Below, in pieces: positions 10,662 to 21,379 of a stretch of 64,000 bases of DNA. Below the pieces are notes generated by a model. That model was not told where the DNA came from, did no database searches, and saw only the letters and a program-made list of their open reading frames with translations. Every line of letters starts with the position of its first letter. Position 1 is the first letter of the stretch. Source of the stretch: Bordetella sp. Lineage in GTDB: Bacteria > Pseudomonadota > Gammaproteobacteria > Burkholderiales > Burkholderiaceae_B. Location: positions 263,533 through 327,532 of the forward strand of contig CP063810.1 of assembly GCA_022818765.1 (NCBI GenBank), given 5' to 3'. The position numbers were made by a program, and so were the translations under genes.

Positions 10662-11171
10662 TTACATAAATTCATTATTTAATTTTGAAGAACGAATAAC
10701 TGTTGCTAATTTATCTAAAACCCCATTGATAAACCTAAATCCTTCTGAACCACCAAATAATTTTGCTAATTCAACTGCTTCATTTATAGTGACTTTATGA
10801 GGTATCTCGAAACGATAAATCAATTCAAAACTGCCGATCAATAAAATTGAATGTTCGACTGGAGATAAATCTTTAAGATTTCTATCAGCACACAATAGGA
10901 AAGATTCTCGAAGTTTTCTTGAATGATTTAATACTCCATAAAGAAGAATATAAAACCATTCCATATCAACTTTTGAAAAATCCCAAGATTTGATTAAATG
11001 ATTGATCTCAGAAGGATCTTGTGTTTCATGGTTAATTAACCATGAATAAATTCCCTGAACTGCAAATTCACGTGCACGTCTACGTGCACTTCGCCTATTG
11101 CGATACCTATATTGTTCATCTTTAAATTTTTCTTTACTTTCTTTCTTCATTACAAGTTTAATATCTTTCAT
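10662..11171 (-). CDS. nusB: transcription antitermination factor NusB
   Basis: [18 protein letters not shown]-terminal signature. ribH-nusB-thiL order conserved. Confidence 0.9.
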   Translation of the reverse strand: MKDIKLVMKKESKEKFKDEQYRYRNRRSARRRAREFAVQGIYSWLINHETQDPSEINHLIKSWDFSKVDMEWFYILLYGVLNHSRKLRESFLLCADRNLKDLSPVEHSILLIGSFELIYRFEIPHKVTINEAVELAKLFGGSEGFRFINGVLDKLATVIRSSKLNNEFM

Positions 11172-11175
11172 AAAT

Positions 11176-11649
11176 TCATTTAGAATTATTTTTCAATTCC
11201 ATAATTGAATTTGCCATTTCTATTGCGACTCTTGCACAATCAATTCCTTTTTTTAAGGCTCTTTTAACAGCTTGTTCATAAGAATTAACTGTTAAAACTC
11301 CATTAGCGATAGATATTCCTGTTTCTAAAGTTATAGAAGAAATAGCTGCTGCTGTTTCATTACAAACAATTTCAAAATGGTATGTTTCACCTCGAATAAT
11401 TGCTCCAATAGCAATTAAGGCATTGAGTTTTGAAATCTTTGCCATATGAGATAACATTACAGCTAATTCTAAAGATCCTGGTACCATTATGGTAGTAAGA
11501 TTTTTTTCGCATATTCCAAGAGAAAATAATTCTTTCTTACAAGCATTTAATTGAATTAATGCTATCTCTTCATAAAATCTAGAGCAAACAATTCCAATTG
11601 ATAATTTCTCTCCATTTAAATTAGGGAGGAATTTGAATATCTCGTCCAT
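11176..11649 (-). CDS. ribH: 6,7-dimethyl-8-ribityllumazine synthase
   Basis: 157 aa. [23 protein letters not shown] motifs. Confidence 0.9.
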   Translation of the reverse strand: MDEIFKFLPNLNGEKLSIGIVCSRFYEEIALIQLNACKKELFSLGICEKNLTTIMVPGSLELAVMLSHMAKISKLNALIAIGAIIRGETYHFEIVCNETAAAISSITLETGISIANGVLTVNSYEQAVKRALKKGIDCARVAIEMANSIMELKNNSK

Positions 11650-11668
11650 AAATTTCTTTTTACATTTT

Positions 11669-12790
11669 TTAGAAAGGAGGGGGAGTTACATAACCTGTTA
11701 TAGTTAATGAGAATCCAATCATACTTGGCATTTTAGTAGGATGAGATAACAGTTTCATATAACCAACATTTAAATCTCGCAATATTTGCGCTCCTATGCC
11801 ATAACTTAATAAGTTGTTACTATGATGAACTATTTGTTGCTTATGATTTTTAATATTTGGATTATTCCATTTATCAATTTGACAAAAGAATTGTTCAGAT
11901 GATGATTGACAATTCATTAATACAAGAATTCCTGATGGATATGAAATAATATATTTCATAGCTTGATCAATATTCCAACTATGTGAATTCAATTCTATAT
12001 TGAGAATATCTAATAATGAAGTAGGCTCATGTACTCTGACTAAAGTTTCACAATTAGGTGAAATGTTACCATGTATTAAAGCAATATGGGCTGCTCCAGT
12101 AGTTTTATCTTTGTAAACTACTGACATAAATTTTCCCCATGGTGTAGTCATAAACCTACTATTAACTCTTTCAATAACAGATTCATGTTCGCTACGATAC
12201 TGAATCAAATCAGCTATAGTTCCTATTTTTAAATTATGATGAGTTGCAAATTCCAATAAATCTGGAAGACGAGCCATAGTGCCATCACCTTTTAAAATTT
12301 CACAAATAACAGCAGCTGGTGTTAATCCAGCAATATTTGTCAAATCACATCCAGCTTCTGTATGTCCTGCTCGTACTAATACTCCTCCTTGAACTGATTG
12401 AACAGGAAAAATATGCCCAGGCTGAACAATATCACTAGGCTTTACATTTTGTGAAACAGCAACACGTATGGTATGGGCTCTATCAGCAGCAGATATTCCT
12501 GTTTCTACTCCATCGGAAGCTTCTATAGATTGTGTAAAATTAGTTCCATATTTTGTTCCGTTTCTATTATTCATTAGATATAAGCCCAACTTCATACAAT
12601 GTTCTTGGGTTAGAGCTAAACAAACTAATCCTCGTCCATAAGTTACCATAAAATTAATAGCTTCTGGTGTAACAAACTCTGCTGCTATGACCAAATCACC
12701 TTCATTTTCACGGTTTTCATCATCAAGAAGAATTACAATTCGACCAGAACGTAATTCTGTAATGATTTCTGAGATTGAAGCAATATTCAT
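11669..12790 (-). CDS. ribBA: bifunctional 3,4-dihydroxy-2-butanone-4-phosphate synthase / GTP cyclohydrolase II-like
   Basis: 373 aa. [23 protein letters not shown] motifs of RibB followed by a RibA-like C-terminal domain. Confidence 0.85.
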   Translation of the reverse strand: MNIASISEIITELRSGRIVILLDDENRENEGDLVIAAEFVTPEAINFMVTYGRGLVCLALTQEHCMKLGLYLMNNRNGTKYGTNFTQSIEASDGVETGISAADRAHTIRVAVSQNVKPSDIVQPGHIFPVQSVQGGVLVRAGHTEAGCDLTNIAGLTPAAVICEILKGDGTMARLPDLLEFATHHNLKIGTIADLIQYRSEHESVIERVNSRFMTTPWGKFMSVVYKDKTTGAAHIALIHGNISPNCETLVRVHEPTSLLDILNIELNSHSWNIDQAMKYIISYPSGILVLMNCQSSSEQFFCQIDKWNNPNIKNHKQQIVHHSNNLLSYGIGAQILRDLNVGYMKLLSHPTKMPSMIGFSLTITGYVTPPPF

Positions 12791-12975
12791 TACCTTATTT
12801 TGAAAAAAAATTATTAATACATTTTAAAAACTGTAGAAATTATAAATAACTTTAAAAGAATTTAATTCAATTTTCAGTTAAAAAATAATAAATATAAATT
12901 TTATTATTTAACAAATCATATCTATATGATGTTCATCATTTCAATACAAAGTTCAAAATAGAATTTTATTATCTT

Positions 12976-14100
12976 TTAAGATATTAATGCATCTGCAAAT
13001 GCTTTTGCAGAAAAAGGTTGTAAGTCTTTTAATTTTTCTCCTATTCCTATCCAATACACAGGAATAGGATCAAAACCTTTATTACAAGTGACTAATGAAA
13101 GAAGTATTCCCCCTTTCACTGTTCCATCAAGTTTTGTAATAATTAAACCTGTTAAACCGATAATAGTATTAAAAATTTGAATCTGTGAAATAGCATTTTG
13201 TCCAGTATTTCCATCAATAACTAAAAAAACTTCTTGGCAAATATCGTTGCTAACTTTTTTCACAGCTCGATTAATTTTTTTTATCTCTTCCATTAAATGA
13301 GGTTGAGTTGGTAAACGTCCCGCTGTATCTATTAAAACAATCTCGATTCCCTTATTTTTAGCAAAATTTACAGCTTCAAAGGCAACTGAGGAAGGATTAC
13401 CTTTATTTTCATTCTGAAAAATAATATCTACATTATTAAATTTTGCCCATGCAGATAATTGTTCTTTTGCCGCTGCGCGAAATGTATCACAGGAAGCAAA
13501 TAAAACACGATTGCCCCTACTTTGAAAATAATGTGCTAACTTTCCTATTGATGTTGTTTTTCCTACTCCATTAACACCAGTGATTGTTATAACTAAAAGT
13601 TTATTTTTTGAAAAAGAGAATTTTTTTTCCAAAGGACGAAGATAATTCTCTATAGAAATTCTTAATATTTTTTTAATAATCAATGGATCTGTAATTTTTT
13701 CTGTTTTAATTTCTTTTTTTAAGGAAGATAACAACAAATTTGTAGCCGAAATGCCAACATCACTAATAATAAGTGCCGATTCTAATTCATCAAAGAGAAT
13801 ATCATTTATTGTAAAATCTGGATTTTTAAACAAATTACCCAAATTTTTTCCTGTATTTGATAGTCGATTTTTTAATCGAGAGAACCAAAATTTTTTAATA
13901 TCGTTACTATTTGAATTTTTCTCAATGTAATCTTCTATATTCTTATTATGAGTATCTTGTAATGATTCTACCTTAATGGAAGATGATTCTGTTTTATTAA
14001 CAGATTCAGTTAATGATTCTGATATATTATTCCTTGATTTATCCAAAGATTTTTTTTGATCAGCATAAGAATAATTTTTCTTTTTAAATAACTTAAACAT
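12976..14100 (-). CDS. ftsY: signal recognition particle receptor FtsY
   Basis: GVNGVGKTT, DTFRAAA, DTAGRL, TKLDG motifs. I prefer the MFKLFKKK start (14100) over the upstream ATGs at 14121/14145. Confidence 0.9.
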   Translation of the reverse strand: MFKLFKKKNYSYADQKKSLDKSRNNISESLTESVNKTESSSIKVESLQDTHNKNIEDYIEKNSNSNDIKKFWFSRLKNRLSNTGKNLGNLFKNPDFTINDILFDELESALIISDVGISATNLLLSSLKKEIKTEKITDPLIIKKILRISIENYLRPLEKKFSFSKNKLLVITITGVNGVGKTTSIGKLAHYFQSRGNRVLFASCDTFRAAAKEQLSAWAKFNNVDIIFQNENKGNPSSVAFEAVNFAKNKGIEIVLIDTAGRLPTQPHLMEEIKKINRAVKKVSNDICQEVFLVIDGNTGQNAISQIQIFNTIIGLTGLIITKLDGTVKGGILLSLVTCNKGFDPIPVYWIGIGEKLKDLQPFSAKAFADALIS

Positions 14101-14656
14101 GATTAATAAACCTATTCGCATATTTTCAGGTAAGTACCGATCCACTCGAATTATAGTACCAAATATACCTGGATTGCGTCCTACACTAGGACGAGTGCGT
14201 GAAACTCTGTTTAATTGGTTATATAATTTATGGAAAGGTGAATTTCATAATAAAAGTGTGCTTGATTTATTCGCAGGTAGTGGAGCTCTTGGTTTTGAAG
14301 CTGCTTCTCGTGGTTTTTCAAAAGTTGATATGTTTGAAATAAATAAAAAGGCTGTACATGCATTGCATGTTTTAAAAAAAAGAATCAATGCAGAAAATGT
14401 AAATATAAAGCTTTCTAATTCTGAAATAGCCATTCAACATCTCAACTTGCAGTTTGATTTAATTTTGCTTGACCCACCATTTAATCAAAATTTAATTGAA
14501 AAAATTTGGCTAAAACTTCCTCGAATTTTAAAAAATAAAGGTCTTATATATATTGAATCTAACATAGCTTTACAAGATATAAAAGATTTTAGGTTTAAAT
14601 ATCAAGGAAAAGTAAGTAATGTATACTTTTATCTTCTAGGTCAAATAGATAAATAA
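14099..14656 (+). CDS. rsmD: 16S rRNA (guanine966-N2)-methyltransferase
   Basis: IRIFSGKYR...PGLRPT..RVRETLFNWL, DLFAGSGALG.EA.SRG, LDPPF motifs. Divergent from ftsY as in other proteobacteria. Confidence 0.9.
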   Translation: MINKPIRIFSGKYRSTRIIVPNIPGLRPTLGRVRETLFNWLYNLWKGEFHNKSVLDLFAGSGALGFEAASRGFSKVDMFEINKKAVHALHVLKKRINAENVNIKLSNSEIAIQHLNLQFDLILLDPPFNQNLIEKIWLKLPRILKNKGLIYIESNIALQDIKDFRFKYQGKVSNVYFYLLGQIDK

Positions 14657-14675
14657 TTTATTCTATTAATTCTTC

Positions 14676-16619
14676 TTAATTAATAGAATAAAAATTCTCA
14701 TCAAGAAACATCTTCGTTTTATATTTTTTCCTAAATTCTCTTAATACAGTTTTGATTTCCACTATCTCAAAAATATGAGATAATTTCTCGCGAATAGATG
14801 TTTGAATAGCCTCATCTTCATTATAGTCAAAATCTATACTATCCAAGCAAACAACAATAAAATCTGAATTTTCATTCAATCCTGAACAAATTGGAAAAGA
14901 ATTTGTTCGAATATTCATAACCATATCAAAAATTTCTTTTGATAGCTTATTTTCAGATTTTAATCTGGATATCTTTATCGAATCTAAAAAATCGTAATTA
15001 TTAGGATCTTGATTTAATTCTAATACTTTTAATAATTTTTCTCCTTCTTTCTTTGCAAGTTCAGTTGAACGTTCAATTATAATTTTTTTAACTATTTCAG
15101 TATTAGCTTGCTCCAAAGATGGAATCGATGCTTGATTTAATTTATTTATACAAGCTATCATGAAAACCGATGGTGAAATTTCTATTATTCCTGAATGTTG
15201 ATTAGTTTTTTCTAACATTTCTTTTGAAAATAAAATATCCAATATATGTTTAGATTCAAAAAAATTATTGTAATTTGAATTAACATGTACAGAAGAATAT
15301 ATCTTGCCATTTCGTGCTAATCCATCTAAATAATAAATTTTCGATCCTATAGCATTAGCTACTGATTGTAGATCAAAATCTTCTTCATAAATTAAATCTG
15401 ATAATTGATCTATTGTTGACAAAAATTGGTCAGACACTATTTTTTCAATTATATCAGACTCAATTTTTTCTCTAACTTCAGAAAATGGTATTATTTCTTC
15501 TTTATTAATATTTGTTACTTTTAAGATATAAAATCCCAAAGAGGTCTCTATTACGTCTGAGATATCTTCTTTATCTAGCTCAAAGATAGTTTTTTGAATA
15601 GCATGGCCCATTATTCTATTTAAATCTAAAGAATTCCAAGTACCTAAATCTCCACCATTAAGACATGATGTTGTATCATTTGAATTTTCATTTGCTAGAT
15701 TATGAAAATTTTCAGGGTTTGCTTTTGCTAGTTTGGATAATTTTAAAGATTTATCATATGCTTCTTGGCGGTTTTGAACATCAGATGTTAATGGGCTGTC
15801 TATAAAAATAGAACTGAAACATCGAGTTTCAGGAATAATGAATTTTTCAGAATTTTTTAAATAAAAATCAAAAACATCCAAATCATTAATTTTCTGATTT
15901 TTTTGTATTTCCTTTTTATCAATCAAAATATATGCAATGTCAATTGTTTGAGGAATTTCTAATTGATTCTTATGATCTTTATACCATAATTGTAAATCTT
16001 GAGGATTTATTGATACTAATGATTCAAAATCCGATGCTTTATACTTTTTAAGACGTATGGTACGTTTTTCTAATAATGCTTTTTTATATATATCAACGGT
16101 ATTTTTTGGAACATATACAGAAGCCATAATTGGATCTATCAATCTGTGAATTGACAATTGATGGCGTTGATTATTTTCAAATTCTGCCGAAGTTAAATTA
16201 TAGCTTTTCAGAAAATTTGAATATTTTTCGATTGAAAAATTATTTTTTCCATTTCCCCAATCTAACTCAGAAATAAATTTACGCAACTTTTCATTCGATA
16301 CATCAATCTTATAATCTATAACAGCTAAATCTAATATATATTTGTCAATGATTTCATCTAACACATCTTGTTTAATTTGTGTTTTATCTAATAATTCAAA
16401 ATTTAATTCATTATTTTGATAGAGTTTTTTTATATAGTTGTCATAAACCCTTTGAAATTCAGATAACGTTATTGTTAAATTACCAATTTTTGCAAGTTTT
16501 TTTTCTTTATCAAAAAGATTTTGATAGCTATTTAAACCTATTAATAAAAATGATGGTATTATTAACAAAGCAACTATAAATTTTATCCATTTATGATATT
16601 TTTTTGTATTGTGCAACAT
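14676..16619 (-). CDS. ppiD: periplasmic chaperone / peptidyl-prolyl isomerase PpiD
   Basis: 647 aa. N-terminal membrane anchor, central parvulin-like segment (GGDLG...S.LGFYILKV). Overall SurA/PpiD-like architecture. Confidence 0.75.
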   Translation of the reverse strand: MLHNTKKYHKWIKFIVALLIIPSFLLIGLNSYQNLFDKEKKLAKIGNLTITLSEFQRVYDNYIKKLYQNNELNFELLDKTQIKQDVLDEIIDKYILDLAVIDYKIDVSNEKLRKFISELDWGNGKNNFSIEKYSNFLKSYNLTSAEFENNQRHQLSIHRLIDPIMASVYVPKNTVDIYKKALLEKRTIRLKKYKASDFESLVSINPQDLQLWYKDHKNQLEIPQTIDIAYILIDKKEIQKNQKINDLDVFDFYLKNSEKFIIPETRCFSSIFIDSPLTSDVQNRQEAYDKSLKLSKLAKANPENFHNLANENSNDTTSCLNGGDLGTWNSLDLNRIMGHAIQKTIFELDKEDISDVIETSLGFYILKVTNINKEEIIPFSEVREKIESDIIEKIVSDQFLSTIDQLSDLIYEEDFDLQSVANAIGSKIYYLDGLARNGKIYSSVHVNSNYNNFFESKHILDILFSKEMLEKTNQHSGIIEISPSVFMIACINKLNQASIPSLEQANTEIVKKIIIERSTELAKKEGEKLLKVLELNQDPNNYDFLDSIKISRLKSENKLSKEIFDMVMNIRTNSFPICSGLNENSDFIVVCLDSIDFDYNEDEAIQTSIREKLSHIFEIVEIKTVLREFRKKYKTKMFLDENFYSIN

Positions 16620-16799
16620 TTAACTTTTATCTCTAAGAATTAAATTCTGGTTAAAATAGATAAAATTAATCATTATATAAGAAATATTCAATTTTTAAAT
16701 AAACCCAAAAATTAAAAATTGAGATTTTAACAATTTGAAAAATTGTAACTGCCTTGATAAAATCAATAAAAAACAATTTTTTATTTAAAAATCTATCTT

Positions 16800-17669
16800 G
16801 TGCTGAGCTATCAACATATTTTTCACGCAGGCAACCATGCCGATGTATTGAAGCATATTGTGCTTATTCATGTTCTTAAACATTTCTTGAAAAAGAATAC
16901 TCCTTTTTGGATGATTGATACACATGCAGGTTCAGGTTTTTATTCTCTTAAAGAAAAATATTTTATTTACTCAGAGTTTCAAGATGGAATTAAAAAATTA
17001 TGGAATTGTACTTATCAACCTAAGATTGTTTCTGATTATCTGAATTGCATAAAAAAATACAATGTAGATGGCTTACTAAGATACTATCCAGGTTCACCTT
17101 ATATTTCATTAGATTTTCTGCGAAAAAAAGATAAACTTCGACTATTTGAAATCCATCCTGGAGAACTTAAAACTTTAGAAAAAAATATAAAAATAAGAAC
17201 AGATCAATCAATTCCAAAAACAATAATAAAAAAAACTGATGGATTTAATGCTATAAAAATGTTGCTTCCTCCATCATCTCATCGAGGAATTATTTTCATA
17301 GATCCTTCTTATGAAGATAAGTCGGATTATAGAAAAGTATTAATAGCTATTAAAGATGGCTTAAAAAGATTCTGTTCAGGAACATATGTAATATGGTATC
17401 CTAAAATTGGAAGAATAGAATCAAAGAATATGCAGCTTTACTTAGAAAATTTACCTGTTAAATGCTGGTTACATATCTCTTTAAATTTGAGAAAAATTTC
17501 TATAAACGGATCAAGAGGATTACTTGGAAGTGGTTTGTTTTTAATAAATCCACCGCACACATTATATCCAGAAATACTTGATGCTCTACCGTATTTAAAA
17601 AATAAATTAGCCCAAGATGATTCGGTTAACTATGCTGTTACATTCAAAGAAAATAATATCATTTTATAG
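16800..17669 (+). CDS. rlmJ: 23S rRNA (adenine2030-N6)-methyltransferase
   Basis: MLSYQHIFHAGNHADVLKH N-terminus and IDPSYE motif are diagnostic of RlmJ. GTG start. Confidence 0.9.
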   Translation: MLSYQHIFHAGNHADVLKHIVLIHVLKHFLKKNTPFWMIDTHAGSGFYSLKEKYFIYSEFQDGIKKLWNCTYQPKIVSDYLNCIKKYNVDGLLRYYPGSPYISLDFLRKKDKLRLFEIHPGELKTLEKNIKIRTDQSIPKTIIKKTDGFNAIKMLLPPSSHRGIIFIDPSYEDKSDYRKVLIAIKDGLKRFCSGTYVIWYPKIGRIESKNMQLYLENLPVKCWLHISLNLRKISINGSRGLLGSGLFLINPPHTLYPEILDALPYLKNKLAQDDSVNYAVTFKENNIIL

Positions 17670-17730
17670 AAAATCAATAACAAGTTTTTATTTGTCAAAT
17701 TATCAAATAATTTAAAAAATTAGTAAGTAA

Positions 17731-18549
17731 TTAATTCCTTATACCAGAAATAGGAAGATAGTTTATAGGATTCACAGGTTGACCCTGTTTTCGAATTTCA
17801 AAATGCAAACGGGGTGAATTTGTATCACTTTGTCCTATTTCTGCAATCTGAGCACCTCTCTTAATTTCTTGTCCATTTTTAACATATAAAATACTATTAT
17901 GCGCATATGCAGTTATGAACGAATTTTTATGGCTGATAATAATAAGATTGCCTAAACCACGAACTCCATTTCCACTGTATACAACAGTACCATCTGCTGC
18001 TGATATTACAGAATTCCCAATGGAACTTGAAATATCAATTCCTTTATTATTTTCATTAAAATATTGAATAATCTTTCCACACGAAATTGGCCAACTCCAA
18101 TTAATTGAATCAACATTTCGAATTTCTCTAATTGGATCTATATTTTTCATTATTGGAGATAATTTTTTATCAGAATAATTTCTTATATTTTGTGAAGGTT
18201 GAATATAATGTTTTTCATTTTTAATTTTAGATTCAGAATTAATAGATAGATCAATAGGATAACTTCCTGATAAAACGAGAATTTGACCTATATTAATTCG
18301 GTTCGGATCTTTGATATTATTAAGGTATTTCAATGTATTAATATTAATTCCAGTTATCCTTGAGATTTTATACAGAGTATCTTCAGGTTTTACTTTATAA
18401 ATTTTCTTTTGAGAAGTATGATTTGTTGGAAGTTCTGTTATATCTATGATTGGAGCTTGTCCTCCTATTCGTCCTGTACAATTATTCATAATGAATAAGA
18501 TTAATATTAGGAGTATCAGAGGATAAAAATTATTGTTATTTATTTTCAT
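17731..18549 (-). CDS. nlpD: LysM/M23-family murein hydrolase activator lipoprotein
   Basis: Signal peptide with lipobox-like NNC, LysM segment (YKVKPEDTLYKISR..G), C-terminal M23 fold (GIDIS...GNLIIISH...TAYAHN..LHFEIR). Confidence 0.85.
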   Translation of the reverse strand: MKINNNNFYPLILLILILFIMNNCTGRIGGQAPIIDITELPTNHTSQKKIYKVKPEDTLYKISRITGININTLKYLNNIKDPNRINIGQILVLSGSYPIDLSINSESKIKNEKHYIQPSQNIRNYSDKKLSPIMKNIDPIREIRNVDSINWSWPISCGKIIQYFNENNKGIDISSSIGNSVISAADGTVVYSGNGVRGLGNLIIISHKNSFITAYAHNSILYVKNGQEIKRGAQIAEIGQSDTNSPRLHFEIRKQGQPVNPINYLPISGIRN

Positions 18550-18672
18550 ATCTTTAATAATTAAAACTTTTTATTTTTATAAACATTAATTTAAAATTCA
18601 AACCATTGATTTTGATAACTAAATTATCAGAATCATGAATTGTAACATTATGAGAAATTAAATTTATTTATA

Positions 18673-19422
18673 TTAAAATACGTTACTAGACCAATTATGT
18701 AGTGAATTGAGTTGATTATATTGTGTTAAATCCAAGCTTAATGGTGTTATAGAAACCAATCCTTTAGAAACAGCATGAAAATCAGTTCCTGGAGTAGCAT
18801 CAGCTGCTAATCCAACAGGTCCAATCCAATAAACAGTATCGCCATAAGGGGTTGTGCTGCGAACTACAGGTTGTGATGGATGACGTTTTCCTAAACGTGT
18901 TATTTTAATTCCTTTTATATTCTCAAAATTTTTATTTGGAATGTTAACGTTAAGCAACATAGGTTCTAAAACAGGTTGATTCAGTTGATGTTGAACAATT
19001 TTTCTTGCCACAAATGCTGCTGACTCAATGTTTTCCCAATTTTTAGATGCCAATGAAAAAGCAATAGCTGGAATTCCAAATAAAAATGCTTCACTAGCTG
19101 CTGCAACAGTTCCAGAATATAAAGTATCATCTCCCATGTTAGGACCGTTATTAATACCTGAAATCACCAAATCAGGGGATGAATTCATTAAACCAGTCAG
19201 TGCTATATGAACACAATCAGATGGTGTTCCGTTCACTACCTTAAAACCATTAGCTGCTGTATAAACAGTTAGCGGTCTTCGAAGAGTTAAAGAATTTGAA
19301 GCCCCACTATGATTAGATTCTGGAGCAACGACTGTAATTTCAACTAAATTCTGCAAAGAATCGAATAAAGCTTCTAAGCCTTTTGAAGAATAACCATCAT
19401 CATTTGATATTAGAATATGCAT
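18673..19422 (-). CDS. surE: 5'/3'-nucleotidase SurE
   Basis: [11 protein letters not shown]...[18 protein letters not shown] motifs, 249 aa. Confidence 0.9.
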   Translation of the reverse strand: MHILISNDDGYSSKGLEALFDSLQNLVEITVVAPESNHSGASNSLTLRRPLTVYTAANGFKVVNGTPSDCVHIALTGLMNSSPDLVISGINNGPNMGDDTLYSGTVAAASEAFLFGIPAIAFSLASKNWENIESAAFVARKIVQHQLNQPVLEPMLLNVNIPNKNFENIKGIKITRLGKRHPSQPVVRSTTPYGDTVYWIGPVGLAADATPGTDFHAVSKGLVSITPLSLDLTQYNQLNSLHNWSSNVF

Positions 19423-19598
19423 CAGGTCAATTTACCTTTTTTAAAAATGTTTAATATTTTTCGTTAAATTCTAGAGTTAGTGTATATTCTATATTATTCG
19501 TAAGAGCTTTCTTATGAAGAAGAAATTTTCTGAGATTGTGCACAACATTATTATCTAATTTTAATAAATCTATAAACATATATGAGTGAGTCCTGATT

Positions 19599-20241
19599 GT
19601 GAATTTTAATTTTTCTTTATTGATCAATACATTAATTTTAATTTTATTTTCTTATTTAATTGGATCTATCTCATTTGCAATAATAATAAGCAAAATCCTT
19701 GTTTTAAAAGATCCTCGTTTTTATGGTTCTAAAAACCCAGGAGCGACTAATATGCTCCGAATAGGATCAAAAACAGGTGCTGCCTTAACATTTTTAGGTG
19801 ATATTTTAAAGGGTTGGATTCCATTGTATTTTTCCAAAATTTTAATTCCTAATTTACCGTTGATCAATTATTCAATAATTGCAATTGCTGTCTTTTTAGG
19901 ACATCTGTATCCAATTTTTTTAAAATTTAAAGGGGAAAAGGAATTTCTACTTCCCTAGGTGTTTTGTTTGCTATAAATCCATTATTAGCATTTATAGTTT
20001 TAATAACTTGGCTAGTTTTAGCATTTTTATATCGTTATTCATCCTTAGCATCATTAACTTGTGCTTTATTATGCCCTATTTTTTATATGATTGGATCAGG
20101 ATTATTTTGGAATGGAGAAACTCCAATTACAGGTATTATAATTCTTATGAGTATATTGATTATTCATAGACATAAAAAAATATTAATCGTCTTATGAACG
20201 GACAAGAAGAACAAATTTTTGGAAAAAAAAATCAAATTTAA
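19599..20241 (+). pseudogene. plsY: glycerol-3-phosphate acyltransferase PlsY with two frameshifts (G4 at 19932-19935; A7 at 20174-20180)
   Basis: ORF1 has GSKNPGATN and ends at [10 protein letters not shown]. One extra G gives the canonical [19 protein letters not shown], joining ORF2. One extra A restores the C-terminus HKKNINRLMNGQEEQIFGKKNQI*. Confidence 0.8.
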
Positions 20242-20264
20242 TTTTGGAAAAAAATCAAATTTAA
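20216..20264. repeat. two-copy tandem duplication (~24 nt unit: TTTTGGAAAAAAA(AA)TCAAATTTAA)
   Basis: Read directly. The copies differ only in A-run length (A9 versus A7). The repeat covers the restored-frame end of plsY and the plsY/tsaD convergent spacer. Confidence 0.8.
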
Positions 20265-20276
20265 TAATGAAGATAT

Positions 20277-21308
20277 TTATAAATTTCTAATATCCCAACG
20301 AGGCTTTATATCAAAATATTTATTATTTTTGACATTAAGATCAAAAGATACTAATCCTTTATCAATTCTTTTAGCTCCAGCAAGAGCTATCATAGCTGCA
20401 TTATCTGTACAAAAATTCATTGAAGGAAAAAATATATTAGTATTCATAGGTTTTAAAGCTTTTTTAAATTCCTTGCGCAAAAACATGTTAGATCCTACTC
20501 CACCAACTATTGTGAAATTTTGAAGCTTAGTTTTTTTAAGAGCTTTTATTGATTTAATGATTAGTAAATTAGTAATTGTATATTGTACTGCTGCTGCCAA
20601 ATCAGCTCGAATATTATCATTAATTGGAGATGAAAATGTTTTGATTTTCTTATAAACTGCTGTCTTTAGACCACTAAAGCTGAAATCTAAATTTGGTTTA
20701 TATATCAATGGTTTTGGAAGAACAATGGCATCAGGATTTCCCAGTTTAGCAAGCTTTTCTAATGAAGCTCCTCCTGGGTAATTTAAACCTAGAAGTTTAG
20801 CAATTTTATCAAAAGCTTCTCCTACTGCATCATCCAAGGTTTCTCCTAATAGTGTGTATTTTCCAATATCATGAACATGTATTAATTGTGTATGTCCTCC
20901 TGAAACTAATAGAGAAAGAAAAGGAAAATTTGGTTTAGGTTCTGATAATAATGGAGATAGGAAATGTCCTTCCAAATGGTGAATAGGAACCATAGGTATT
21001 TCTCTAGCCCAAGAAATAGCTTGAGCAATTGTAGTGGCAATTAACAAACATCCAGCTAATCCTGGACCTGCAGTATAAGCGATTGCATCTATATCATTAA
21101 TATCCAAATTTCCTAATTTTAGAACTTTTTTAACTAATGGAATTATTCTATATATATGATCACGAGAGGCCAATTCTGGAACAACGCCTCCATAATTTTT
21201 ATGGATTTCAATTTGACTATGAACAGCATGAGAAATTAGACCTTTTGTAGTACAAAAAATAGCAGCCCCTGTTTCATCACAGGAACTTTCAAGACCTAAG
21301 ATAATCAT
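20277..21308 (-). CDS. tsaD: tRNA N6-adenosine threonylcarbamoyltransferase
   Basis: LGLESSCDETGAAI, GPGL.G.L, HH.EGH, GGVGSN motifs. Start at 21308 or 21317. Confidence 0.9.
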   Translation of the reverse strand: MIILGLESSCDETGAAIFCTTKGLISHAVHSQIEIHKNYGGVVPELASRDHIYRIIPLVKKVLKLGNLDINDIDAIAYTAGPGLAGCLLIATTIAQAISWAREIPMVPIHHLEGHFLSPLLSEPKPNFPFLSLLVSGGHTQLIHVHDIGKYTLLGETLDDAVGEAFDKIAKLLGLNYPGGASLEKLAKLGNPDAIVLPKPLIYKPNLDFSFSGLKTAVYKKIKTFSSPINDNIRADLAAAVQYTITNLLIIKSIKALKKTKLQNFTIVGGVGSNMFLRKEFKKALKPMNTNIFFPSMNFCTDNAAMIALAGAKRIDKGLVSFDLNVKNNKYFDIKPRWDIRNL

Positions 21309-21379
21309 AATATGCAAGCAATTATTTGTAAGTAATAAAAAATATTATTTTTGAAAAATTATTTATATAAATATTATAC

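Noticed and set aside
12791-12975. FMN riboswitch (RFN element) upstream of ribBA
   Set aside because: The spacer is almost pure A/T and lacks any of the conserved G/C-rich RFN helices.
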